Of a stretch of 64,000 nt of DNA, positions 56,194 through 64,000 are shown one piece after another. The stretch is from Gemmatimonadales bacterium (GTDB taxonomy: Bacteria > Gemmatimonadota > Gemmatimonadetes > Gemmatimonadales > GWC2-71-9), in assembly GCA_035631315.1 (NCBI GenBank), contig DASQIZ010000069.1, positions 409-64,408 of the forward strand, in the 5' to 3' direction. Each line of letters starts with the position of its first letter. Positions within the stretch are counted from its first letter, which is position 1. The position numbers were made by a program, and so were the translations under genes. Below the pieces are notes generated by a model. It ran no database searches and was not told where the DNA came from. It saw nothing but the letters and a program-made list of their open reading frames with translations.

Positions 56194-57626
56194 AAACCGA
56201 TCTCTTCATTAATAACGAGTGGCGCCCCGCCCGCTCCGGGAAGCGCTTCCCGGTCGAGAACCCGGCCACCGAGGAAATCATCGCCGAGGTCGCGCTGGGC
56301 GATGCGGCGGATGCGGATAACGCGGTCACGGCGGCGCGGACGTGCTTCGAATCCGATGCCTGGCGAGGGTTGTCGGCGCGGAAGCGGGGGCGGCTGCTCT
56401 TCAAGACCGCCGACCTGCTCGAGGCCCGTCTCGAAGAGTTCGCCCGGCTCGAGACAGCGCACAACGGCAAGACGCTTTTCGAGTCGAAGATCGAGATCTC
56501 CATGACGGTGAACACCCTCCGCTACTACGCGGGGTGGTGCGACAAGATCACCGGCGAGACACTGCCCGTCGAAGGACCGTTCTTTACCTACACACTGCGT
56601 GAACCGATCGGCGTCGTCGGCGCGATCACGCCGTGGAACTTCCCGCTGAACATCGCGAGCTGGAAGTTCGCGCCGGCGTTGGCCGCCGGCTGCACCATCG
56701 TCCTCAAGCCGGCATCCGAGACACCCCTCACTGCCCTGCTCTTTGCGGAGCTGATCGTCGAGGCGGGGTTCCCGGCCGGCGCGTTCAACGTCCTTTCCGG
56801 TGGTGGGTCGACCGCGGGTGCAGCGCTGGTCCGGCACCCCGACGTCGACAAGATCTCTTTCACGGGTTCGACGGAAGTCGGCCGGCAGATCATGAAGATG
56901 GCCGCCGAGACCAACAAGCGGATCACGCTCGAGCTCGGCGGCAAGAGTCCGAATGTGATCTTCGCCGATGCAGACCTGAAGGCCGCCGTGCGCGGCGCTC
57001 AGACCGGGATTTTCTACGGGAAGGGTGAAGTTTGCGCCGCCGGGTCGCGGCTCCTGGTCGAGCAGAGCGTTCACGATCAGGTCGTGGAGCAGCTCGCCGA
57101 GAACGCGAAGAAGCTCACCCCCGGCGATCCGTTGGATAAGAACACGCGGATGGGTGCCGTCGTCTCCCGGAAGCAGCAGGAGACGGTGATGGGCTACATC
57201 AGGAAGGGCGTCGACGAAGGCGCGGCGCTGGTCGTGGGTGGCAAGGCCGTCAAGCCGAACGGCAAAGGCTACTTCGTCGAGGCGACGGTGTTCGACAAGG
57301 TGCAGCCCGAGATGACGATTGCCCGTGAAGAGATTTTTGGACCCGTACTCGCCGTGATGTCGTTCGATGACTACGACGCCGGCGTGGCCCTTGCGAACAA
57401 TACCATCTACGGACTCGCCGCCGGGATCTGGACCAAGGATGTGGGCAAAGCGCACCGCGCGGCGAAGGCCATTCGCGCGGGCACCGTCTGGATCAACTCG
57501 TACAACTTCTACGATTCCGGTGCGGCGTTCGGCGGCTTCAAGGCTTCCGGCTTTGGGCGCGACCTCGGTGTCGACGCGCTCGACGGATATCTGGAGACCA
57601 AGACGGTCTGGACGTCGCTCGGATGA
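56190..57626 (+). CDS. NAD(P)-dependent aldehyde dehydrogenase
   Basis: ITPWNFPL, FTGSTEVG, LELGGKSP, catalytic-Cys region (VCAAGSR), EEIFGPV. GTGA-coupled. Confidence 0.9.
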   Translation: MKTDLFINNEWRPARSGKRFPVENPATEEIIAEVALGDAADADNAVTAARTCFESDAWRGLSARKRGRLLFKTADLLEARLEEFARLETAHNGKTLFESKIEISMTVNTLRYYAGWCDKITGETLPVEGPFFTYTLREPIGVVGAITPWNFPLNIASWKFAPALAAGCTIVLKPASETPLTALLFAELIVEAGFPAGAFNVLSGGGSTAGAALVRHPDVDKISFTGSTEVGRQIMKMAAETNKRITLELGGKSPNVIFADADLKAAVRGAQTGIFYGKGEVCAAGSRLLVEQSVHDQVVEQLAENAKKLTPGDPLDKNTRMGAVVSRKQQETVMGYIRKGVDEGAALVVGGKAVKPNGKGYFVEATVFDKVQPEMTIAREEIFGPVLAVMSFDDYDAGVALANNTIYGLAAGIWTKDVGKAHRAAKAIRAGTVWINSYNFYDSGAAFGGFKASGFGRDLGVDALDGYLETKTVWTSLG

Positions 57627-58789
57627 AAGACGCGTTCATCGAGGTCGCGCTCAGGACCCCGGTGGGGAAGCATGGGGGTTCGCTCGCGGGCGTTCGGCCC
57701 GATGATCTGGCGGCCGTGCCGATCAAGGCTGTCCTCGAAAAGAGCGGCGTCGATCCGAAGCAGATCGACGACGTGATTCTCGGCTGCGCGAATCAGGCCG
57801 GCGAAGACAACCGCAACGTCGCGCGCATGGCCCTGCTCCTCGCCGGACTCCCGGTGGAGGTCCCTGGTCAGACCGTGAACCGGCTGTGTGGATCGGGTCT
57901 CCAGGCGGTGGTGTCCGCAACACACGCGATCAAGGCCGGCGAGGGCGAGCGGTTCATCGCCGGCGGCATCGAATCCATGACGCGGGCGCCGACGGTGATG
58001 CTCAAGTCCGCCGAGCCCTGGAGCCGGAAAGCTCCCGAGATCGCGGACACGACGGTTGGCTGGCGGTTCATCAATCCCAAGCTCAAGCCCGACTGGACCA
58101 TCTCCCTCGGCGAAACGGCCGAGAAGGTGGCGGAGCAATACAAGATTTCGCGGGGGGAGCAGGACGCCTTTTCCGCGGAGAGCCAGCGTCGGGCCGAGGC
58201 CGCGCAGAAGGCGTGCGTGTTTACCGACGAGCTGGTGCCGGTGACACTCGCCGACGGGTCCACGTTTGCGAAGGACGAATATCCCAGAGCGGGCACGACG
58301 GCTGAGAAGCTCGCGGCCCTCAAGCCCGCCTTCAAGAAGAACGGGACGGTCACGGCGGGATCGTCGAGCGGCATCAATGACGGCGCTGCCGCGATTTTCG
58401 TCACGTCGTCTCCGGCCCAGCCCCTCGCGCGCATCGTTTCCAGCGCGGTGGCCGGCGTCGATCCGAGTGTGATGGGGCTGGGACCGATCCCCGCGACTCA
58501 GAAGGCGCTGGCGCGCGCGGGCCTCAAGGCCAATCAGCTCGACCTGGTGGAGCTGAACGAGGCGTTCGCGGCTCAAGCCCTCGCCTGCATCCGCGACCTC
58601 TCCCTCGACCCGGCGAAGGTCAACATTTACGGCGGCGGCATCGCCCTGGGTCACCCCCTCGGCTGCACGGGCGCCAAGATCCTCGCGACGCTGGCGCATG
58701 CGCTGAAGCGCACCGGCGGCCGCTATGGCCTCGTGACGATGTGCATCGGCGTGGGCCAAGGGATCGCCGTCATCGTGGAGCGCCTGTAG
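57623..58789 (+). CDS. acetyl-CoA C-acyltransferase (thiolase; 3-oxoadipyl-CoA thiolase-like)
   Basis: VNRLCGSGLQAV, NEAFAAQ, GGIALGHPLGCTGA, MCIGVGQG. ATGA-coupled. Confidence 0.9.
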   Translation: MKDAFIEVALRTPVGKHGGSLAGVRPDDLAAVPIKAVLEKSGVDPKQIDDVILGCANQAGEDNRNVARMALLLAGLPVEVPGQTVNRLCGSGLQAVVSATHAIKAGEGERFIAGGIESMTRAPTVMLKSAEPWSRKAPEIADTTVGWRFINPKLKPDWTISLGETAEKVAEQYKISRGEQDAFSAESQRRAEAAQKACVFTDELVPVTLADGSTFAKDEYPRAGTTAEKLAALKPAFKKNGTVTAGSSSGINDGAAAIFVTSSPAQPLARIVSSAVAGVDPSVMGLGPIPATQKALARAGLKANQLDLVELNEAFAAQALACIRDLSLDPAKVNIYGGGIALGHPLGCTGAKILATLAHALKRTGGRYGLVTMCIGVGQGIAVIVERL

Positions 58790-59529
58790 TGGCGGCGTAC
58801 GAGAAGGTGCTGGTGGAGATCGCGGATCGCGTCGCGACTCTCACCCTGCACCGCCCCGACAAGCTGAATGCGCTGGACGTCGAGCTGTGCCAGGACCTGA
58901 TCGCGGCGCTGGAAACCGTCTCCGGCTCGAGTCAGGTCCGCGTGGTCGTGATTACGGGCGCGGGCCGGGGGTTCTGCGCCGGCGCCGACTTGAAGGTGCT
59001 GGGCCACCAGGGGAATCAGCTGGTCGAAGGTGGTGCTCGCATCGCCCAGTTGATCCGCAACGCGCCCCAGCCCGTGATCGCGGCCGTGAATGGCGCAGCC
59101 GCCGGCGGCGGCGCGAACCTGGCGCTCGCGTGTGATTACCGGATCGCCTCGGACCAGGCGAAGATCGGCCAGGTCTTTCACAAGTTGGGACTCGGCGTGG
59201 ATTGGGGGGGGAGCTTTTTTCTTCCCCGCGCCGTTGGGACCGCGCGGGCCCTCGAGCTGGTATGGAGCGCGCGGATGGTGGGCGCCCCGGAAGGGCTGGC
59301 GCTCGGACTGTTCCAGGAAGTGGTCGCGGCCGACGCGCTGACGGCGCGGGTCTGCGAGCTGGCGAAGCTGTGGGCCAGTCAGCCCACCGAAGCGGTGCGG
59401 CGTACCAAAGCCGCCATCTACGCCAGCGAAGCGCGCACCCTCGCCCAGATGCTCGAATTGGAATTGACTACGCAACGAGAGTTGTTCGTTACGCCGGACG
59501 CGCGCGAGCGCATCGCCCGGTCACTCTAG
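58789..59529 (+). CDS. enoyl-CoA hydratase/isomerase family protein
   Basis: VVITGAGRGFCAGADL, AVNGAAAGGGANLALACD. GTG 58789 overlaps the thiolase TAG stop by 1 nt. Confidence 0.85.
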   Translation: MAAYEKVLVEIADRVATLTLHRPDKLNALDVELCQDLIAALETVSGSSQVRVVVITGAGRGFCAGADLKVLGHQGNQLVEGGARIAQLIRNAPQPVIAAVNGAAAGGGANLALACDYRIASDQAKIGQVFHKLGLGVDWGGSFFLPRAVGTARALELVWSARMVGAPEGLALGLFQEVVAADALTARVCELAKLWASQPTEAVRRTKAAIYASEARTLAQMLELELTTQRELFVTPDARERIARSL

Positions 59530-59541
59530 GAGGAACGGCTG

Positions 59542-60660
59542 ATGGTACGGAAGATCGGCAATTTCGACGACTGGAAGGACTACTTCCGGTATTGGCAGGA
59601 TTCCATCGGGCTGCCTCAGGGCGAGATACGCAATTTCAAGTTCGAGGAGAAGTTCGGCGATCCCGAAGTCCCTCACATCGAGTTCGGACATTACAAGGGC
59701 CAGCGCAAATGGCCGACGGTGATGCACATCCCCGACCAGCGCATTCGTGACGCCCTGCTCAATCTCATCGTCTACCAGGGTGACACGGAGTTCGCGTCCG
59801 TCGAGCAGCAGCGGAACCTGCTCACCCACGCACCCTCCGATTATGACCTGCTCTCCCTGATGCGCGTCATGACCGAGGAAATGCGGCACGGCTGGCAGAT
59901 GTCCTATCTCCTGGTCACGCACTTCGGCGACGAAGGCAAGCGCGAGGCCGCGAAACTCCTCGAGCGGCGCGCCGACGAGGGCGAGCGGCTCCTGGGCTCG
60001 TTCAATGAGATCGTGAACAACTGGTTGGACTTCTTCACGTACACGCAGTTCATCGACCGCGACGGCAAGTTCCAGCTCAAGATGCTCTCCTACTCGGCCT
60101 TCGACCCGCTGTCGCGCTCCATGGGGCCGATGCTGAAGGAGGAGTCGTTCCACCTGGGCACCGGCAACAACGGCCTCCTCCGGATCGTCAAGGCCGGCAA
60201 GATGCCCCCCGAGGTGATCCAGCGCTTCTTCTATAAGTGGATCCCGACGGCCTTCGACCTCTTTGGCACCGACCACTCGTCGTCGGCCCACTGGGCCTAC
60301 GTATGGGGTCTGAAGGGCCGGTACGACGAGCGCGAGCACCTGAGTGAACCCGACAAGGCGAAACTGAACGAGCTCTCGCGCGAGTTGTACCGTCAGGAGA
60401 TCTCGAAGCTCGTCGAGCGGCTCAACATGTTCATCCCCGACAAGGAACGGCAGCTGAAGGTCCCGTCCCTCAAGTTCAACCGCCGAATCGGGATGTACGC
60501 CAAGCAGTACTGGACCGTGGACGGCGAGCCGATCGACGCCGAGAAGTACCAGGCGTATCTCGCGTCGGTGCTGCCGCGCGCGGAGGACATCCAGTTCGTG
60601 AAGGATCTCGAGAAGGAGCCGAACTGGATCGAACCCAAGAAAGCCGACTCGCTGGCGTGA
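59542..60660 (+). CDS. BoxB-like diiron acyl-CoA oxygenase (benzoyl-CoA 2,3-epoxidase subunit B family, short form)
   Basis: GGAGGA SD. IVYQGDTEFASVEQQR, two ExxH motifs (TEEMRHGW, KEESFHLG), FIDRDGKFQL, SAFDPL. These match my recollection of BoxB sequence blocks. Confidence 0.6.
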   Translation: MVRKIGNFDDWKDYFRYWQDSIGLPQGEIRNFKFEEKFGDPEVPHIEFGHYKGQRKWPTVMHIPDQRIRDALLNLIVYQGDTEFASVEQQRNLLTHAPSDYDLLSLMRVMTEEMRHGWQMSYLLVTHFGDEGKREAAKLLERRADEGERLLGSFNEIVNNWLDFFTYTQFIDRDGKFQLKMLSYSAFDPLSRSMGPMLKEESFHLGTGNNGLLRIVKAGKMPPEVIQRFFYKWIPTAFDLFGTDHSSSAHWAYVWGLKGRYDEREHLSEPDKAKLNELSRELYRQEISKLVERLNMFIPDKERQLKVPSLKFNRRIGMYAKQYWTVDGEPIDAEKYQAYLASVLPRAEDIQFVKDLEKEPNWIEPKKADSLA

Positions 60661-61352
60661 CCGCAGCCGACAAGCCGCTGGTGATCGCGCACCGGGGAGC
60701 CTCGGGCGCGGAATACGAGAACTCGCTCGCCGCCTTCAAGAAGGCCGGCGAGCTGGGCGCGGACGGCATCGAGCTCGATATCCACGCCACCACCGACGGC
60801 ACGCTGATCGTGCATCATGATCCCGCGATCGACGGGACCGTCATCGCCAAGTCGTCGGCGGCGGACATCGCCAAGCTCAAGCTGCCGAACGGCGAGCCCG
60901 TCCCCACCCTCGCACAGGCGTTCGTCGCCGCGGGGGCGAGGCTCCGGGTCTATGTGGAAGTGAAAACGCTCCCGCCGCAGTGGGACGGCCAGCTGTTCGC
61001 CACGCTCGATGCGGGCCCGAATCCCGCCGGGTACGCGGTCCACGCCTTCGACCACCGCATCATCCAGCGCCTCCGCCGGCAGCGCCCCAAGTTGCAGGCC
61101 GGTGTGCTCTCCGCATCCTACCTGGACGACAACGTCGCCCCCGTCCGCGCCGCGGGTGCCCAGATCCTCTGGCAGGATGAGGCGATGATCGATGCGGCGC
61201 TGGTCGAGGAAGTCCAGGACGCGGGGTTCGGCGTGATCGCCTGGACGCCCAACGAGATGTCCGATCTCACCCGGCTCGCGTCCCAGGGCGTGAACGGGCT
61301 CTGCACCAATTATCCGGACCGCGCCCGTCGCGTCGTCGACGCGCTCACGTGA
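60657..61352 (+). CDS. glycerophosphodiester phosphodiesterase family protein
   Basis: VIAHRGASG...ENSL.AF..A...GADGIELD.H.T.DG.L.V.HD. GTGA-coupled. Confidence 0.85.
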   Translation: MTAADKPLVIAHRGASGAEYENSLAAFKKAGELGADGIELDIHATTDGTLIVHHDPAIDGTVIAKSSAADIAKLKLPNGEPVPTLAQAFVAAGARLRVYVEVKTLPPQWDGQLFATLDAGPNPAGYAVHAFDHRIIQRLRRQRPKLQAGVLSASYLDDNVAPVRAAGAQILWQDEAMIDAALVEEVQDAGFGVIAWTPNEMSDLTRLASQGVNGLCTNYPDRARRVVDALT

Positions 61353-62227
61353 CATCTCCGACCGCACCCGACACGACCTGGGAAGTCACGGTGATCGGCG
61401 CCGGGACCATGGGTCACGGCATCGCCTACGTCTCGGCACTCGCCGGCTGCCGCGTGACCCTCACCGACCTCCGTGCAGACGCCCTCGAGGGCGCGCGTAC
61501 CAAGATCGAGTCCCTGCTCGCCGGTGGCCTGAAACGCGGCAAGCTCACCGAGGAACAGCGCGCCGGCGTACATGAGCGGCTCCATTTCGAGCCCGCGCTC
61601 GCCGCCGCCGTCCGGCACGCCGACGTCGTGATCGAAGCGGTGATCGAGCAGATGCCGGTGAAGCAGCGGATTTTCGCCGAGGTGGAGCGGGAGGGACCGG
61701 ACGGCGCGCTGTTCGCCACGAACACCTCCTCCCTCTCCGTCGGCCAGATCGCCGCCGCCCTGAAGGAGCCCTGGCGGCTCCTGGGCATGCACTTCTTCAA
61801 TCCCGTGCACCTGATGAAGCTGGTCGAAATCGTCACGCATGGGCGGACGGGTGCCCCGCAGGTCGAGCGTGCCACGGCACTCGCGCACGTCCTCGGCAAG
61901 GAGCCCATCCTGGTGAAGGACTCGCCGGGATTCGCCTCCAGCCGGCTCGGGGTGGTCCTGGGCCTCGAAGCCATGCGGATGCTCGAACAGGGCGTGGCCT
62001 CGGCGGCCGACATCGACAAGGCGATGGAGCTCGGCTACAACCACCCGATGGGCCCGCTCAAGCTCACCGATCTGGTGGGCCTCGACGTCCGCCTAGCGAT
62101 CGCGAATTACCTCCATCAGGAGCTGAAGCTCCCCCATTACGCGCCCCCGAAGATCCTCAAGGACAAGGTGGCCAAGGGCGACCTGGGCAAGAAATCCGGC
62201 CAGGGGTTCTATTCGTGGACCGACTGA
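61349..62227 (+). CDS. 3-hydroxyacyl-CoA (3-hydroxybutyryl-CoA) dehydrogenase
   Basis: VTVIGAGTMGHGIA, NTSSLS, HFFNPV, and C-terminal G..GKKSGQGFY.W. GTGA-coupled. Confidence 0.9.
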   Translation: MTSPTAPDTTWEVTVIGAGTMGHGIAYVSALAGCRVTLTDLRADALEGARTKIESLLAGGLKRGKLTEEQRAGVHERLHFEPALAAAVRHADVVIEAVIEQMPVKQRIFAEVEREGPDGALFATNTSSLSVGQIAAALKEPWRLLGMHFFNPVHLMKLVEIVTHGRTGAPQVERATALAHVLGKEPILVKDSPGFASSRLGVVLGLEAMRMLEQGVASAADIDKAMELGYNHPMGPLKLTDLVGLDVRLAIANYLHQELKLPHYAPPKILKDKVAKGDLGKKSGQGFYSWTD

Positions 62228-63090
62228 CGCGCATCACCGACGTCCACATCCACATTCAGCCCTGGCGTGACCTGAAGCCCGCGGTCCAGGACGCGATGCG
62301 AAAGGGAAAGGAAGACCACTGGGCCTTCCTGCTGTCGATCATGGACGACCCCAAAGCGCTCCTCGAGGTCATGGACCGGTCGGGCGTCTGGCGGGTGGGC
62401 ATGGTCAACTACACGAGTCCCGACGTGATGGGATTCACCGAGACCACGAACACCTTCATCGCGAAATACTCGCTGGCCAACCCCGAGCGGCTCATGCCGT
62501 ACGGAGGCGTCCACGCGCGGTTCACGAAGGACCCCAAGGGCGACGTCGACCAGCTCGTGGATCTCGGCATCCGGTGCCTCAAGATCCATCCACCGCACCA
62601 GCTCTTCACGGCCAACGCATACACCGAGGGTCTCGACGCACTCGCCGCCATTTACCGCCGCTGTGAGGAGCGGGGACTCCCGGTGATGGTGCATACCGGG
62701 ACGAGCATTTTCCCGGGGGCGCGCTCAAAGTACGGCAACCCGATGGAGCTGGACGACGTCGCGATCGATTTTCCCGACCTCCAGATCGTCATGGCTCACG
62801 GCGGACGGCCGCTGTACATGGAGGAGGCGTTCTTCGTCCTCCGGCGTCATCGAAATGTGTGGCTCGATGTTTCCGGGATTCCGCCCGCGAAACTCCTGGA
62901 GTACTTTCCGCGTCTCGGAGAGATTTCCCGGAAGACGCTGTGGGGCACGGACTGGCCCAGCCCGGGCGTGAAGGATTTAAAGCTGAACATCGATCAGTTT
63001 CTGGGGCTGTCCCTCCCGGACGACCAGAAACGGGCGATTCTCGAAACCAACCCGCTGGCGCTCTTTCCCGCCGTCCCCCAGCGGACCTGA
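62215..63090 (+). CDS. amidohydrolase-2 (TIM-barrel metal-dependent hydrolase) family protein
   Basis: DVHIHI.. N-terminal metal motif, ..VMVHTG.., ..IVMAHGG.., ..GTDWP.. motifs. The GTG start overlaps the upstream gene by 13 nt. Confidence 0.75.
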   Translation: MDRLTRITDVHIHIQPWRDLKPAVQDAMRKGKEDHWAFLLSIMDDPKALLEVMDRSGVWRVGMVNYTSPDVMGFTETTNTFIAKYSLANPERLMPYGGVHARFTKDPKGDVDQLVDLGIRCLKIHPPHQLFTANAYTEGLDALAAIYRRCEERGLPVMVHTGTSIFPGARSKYGNPMELDDVAIDFPDLQIVMAHGGRPLYMEEAFFVLRRHRNVWLDVSGIPPAKLLEYFPRLGEISRKTLWGTDWPSPGVKDLKLNIDQFLGLSLPDDQKRAILETNPLALFPAVPQRT

Positions 63091-63128
63091 AGTACCCAAC
63101 CGCTTTTCTTTCGAGGGAGCGCGCTCCA

Positions 63129-64000
63129 ATGCGTGTCGCACGGGTTTCCCTTTTCATGGCCATCCTGGCGGCCGCGCCAGCCACCGCGCAACAGGTGGTC
63201 GGGTCCGTCACGATCGACTCGTTCCGCCTGGCGAACGGGTTGCAGGTGCTCTACGCCGAGCAGCACGCCACGCCGGTGGTGACGGTGGACCTCTGGTATC
63301 GAGTCGGCGCCCGCAATGAGCGCCCCAAGCTCTCCGGGTTCGCGCACCTCTTCGAGCACATGATGTTCCAGGGATCGGCGCACGTCGGGAAGGCCGAACA
63401 CTTCAAGTACGTGGAGCGTGCCGGCGGCGACGAGAATGGCTCGACCCACGACGACTACACGAACTACTTCGAAACCCTGCCCTCCAATCGCCTGAACCTG
63501 GCGCTCTGGCTCGAAGCCGACCGGATGCGTTCTCTCGCCGTCACGCAGCAGAATCTCGAGAACCAGCGGCAGGCGGTGGAAGAGGAGAAGCGGCTGCGCG
63601 TGGACAACCAGCCCTACGCCGGCGCGCTCCGGGCCTCGTTGATCTGGCCGTACGACAGCACCAACTGTTTCGCGTATGCACATCCGGGCATCGGCGTGAT
63701 GGAGGATCTCGATTCCGCCAAGCTGGCCGATGTCCAGGCGTTCCATGACACGTACTACGCGCCCAACAACACCACGCTCGTCGTCGCCGGCGACTTCAAA
63801 CCGGCCGACCTCAAGCAGCTGGTGACTCGGTACTTTTCGGACATTCCGAGCAAACCGGCCCCGGCGGCGGTCACCTGCAACTACAAGCTGTCTCCCGGAA
63901 TCGTCGAGCGCGTGGTGGCGGACTCACATGCCACTCTGCCCGCGGTCATTCGCGTGTACCGCATTCCCGCGGCAGCCGACGGCGATACGCCGGCGCTCGA
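63129..64000 (+). CDS. exported M16 (pitrilysin/insulinase) family zinc peptidase, 5' partial (runs off the window)
   Basis: Not in the track because there is no stop in the window. ATG 63129 with GAGGGAG upstream; signal MRVARVSLFMAILAAAPATAQQ; inverted zinc motif HLFEHMMFQG. Confidence 0.85.
   Translation, partial: MRVARVSLFMAILAAAPATAQQVVGSVTIDSFRLANGLQVLYAEQHATPVVTVDLWYRVGARNERPKLSGFAHLFEHMMFQGSAHVGKAEHFKYVERAGGDENGSTHDDYTNYFETLPSNRLNLALWLEADRMRSLAVTQQNLENQRQAVEEEKRLRVDNQPYAGALRASLIWPYDSTNCFAYAHPGIGVMEDLDSAKLADVQAFHDTYYAPNNTTLVVAGDFKPADLKQLVTRYFSDIPSKPAPAAVTCNYKLSPGIVERVVADSHATLPAVIRVYRIPAAADGDTPAL

Overview
64-kb high-GC bacterial chromosomal window (G+C looks like roughly two thirds by eye). 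The gene content and style suggest a Gemmatimonadota/Acidobacteriota-like organism: many exported metallopeptidases, a fused gldF/gldG-like ABC module, and pervasive ATGA/GTGA start-stop overlaps. This is a guess I cannot verify. I call about 66 protein genes, one tRNA-Leu(CAA) and one decayed tRNA-Leu copy.

Most of the window is core metabolism and information processing:
- dcd; ndh-ybjQ-panD; sdhCAB facing mdh; a gld-like ABC module; moaD-moaE-moaA.
- M28, M61, M17 and Zn metallopeptidases.
- A ~14-kb co-directional minus-strand run: yicC-gmk-rpoZ-coaBC-udg-dnaB-radA-ispD-tsaC-ptp-aroE-comF-gap-pgk-tpiA-secG-carA.
- pepA-icd, and at the right end a TetR-controlled acyl-CoA oxidation operon containing a BoxB-like diiron oxygenase.

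The accessory part lies at 41.8-49.2 kb, between icd and tRNA-Leu. The best candidate for something undescribed is there:
- A secreted Met/His/Cys-rich small protein plus a TonB-dependent receptor.
- Facing them, a tight three-gene operon of two paralogous secreted Met-rich proteins followed by an orphan lasso-type B2 (transglutaminase-like) cysteine protease. No lasso cyclase or precursor is present.
- The two paralogs carry histidine/methionine motifs whose order and spacing match the copper ligands of PHM/DBH-type monooxygenases.

Second signal: three copies of an unusual ~110-130 bp palindromic intergenic element built from phased GTCGAG heptamer units. It sits at gene ends and in the leaders of two exported peptidase genes.

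Third signal: a tRNA-Leu relic about 1.1 kb from the intact tRNA-Leu, bracketing one lipoprotein gene whose stop codon lies inside the relic.

I saw no CRISPR array, integrase, transposase or recognisable defence gene. Many long ORFs in the supplied track are antisense shadow ORFs typical of high-GC DNA and are not reported.
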